Shown one piece after another: positions 25,032 through 25,122 of a DNA stretch of 25,122 nt. Origin of the DNA: a virus (lineage: Duplodnaviria; Caudoviricetes); the IMG/VR virus record IMGVR_UViG_3300049782_000061, positions 1 through 25,122 of that record, one strand, 5' to 3'. The notes under the pieces are model-generated. The model searched no databases and was not told the origin of the DNA. It was given only the letters and a program-made list of their open reading frames with translations. A program made the position numbers and the translations under genes. Every line of letters begins with the position of its first letter. Within the stretch, counting starts at the first letter, position 1.

Positions 25032-25122
25032 GGCGGGTGTCCTTCGGGAAGGCCCGGCCGGGCGTCGTGGCGCCCTTCCCGTGTACGTCACGGGCCCGGC
25101 CGGGGGCTGGTGGGGTGGCGGC

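Larger units (their letters stand above)
1..25122. mobile_element. Part of a temperate siphophage (prophage or phage-plasmid) of a high-GC actinobacterium
   Basis: Tail chaperone, tape measure, Dit, minor tails, endolysin and holins in canonical order, plus phage-type dcd, thyX and tyrosine recombinases. No host housekeeping operon or element end is visible. Confidence 0.93.

Overview
High-GC actinobacterial (Streptomyces-like) temperate siphophage or phage-plasmid segment. The right half (about 11.7-25.1 kb, minus strand) is a tail and lysis module: tail assembly chaperone with a GGGAAAA -1 frameshift, tape measure, Dit and minor tail proteins, a stand-alone peptidoglycan-binding protein, an amidase endolysin and five small lysis-region genes, four of them membrane proteins. 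The middle holds dCTP deaminase, an RHH regulator, a moron-like gene and thyX interrupted by an HNH-containing intein. The left half holds a Cre-like tyrosine recombinase with a candidate dyad core site and a second, apparently catalytically dead tyrosine-recombinase-like gene behind a 17-bp inverted repeat. The most striking element is at 5403-7951: seven unrelated genes in tandem, all ending in ...EK-stop inside the same repeat (CGAGAAGTGA, usually followed by GGACACCGACC and the next start codon). The array has one candidate promoter and one terminator, and looks like an integron-like or shuffling gene-cassette array. The architecture is seen directly; the mechanism is inference.
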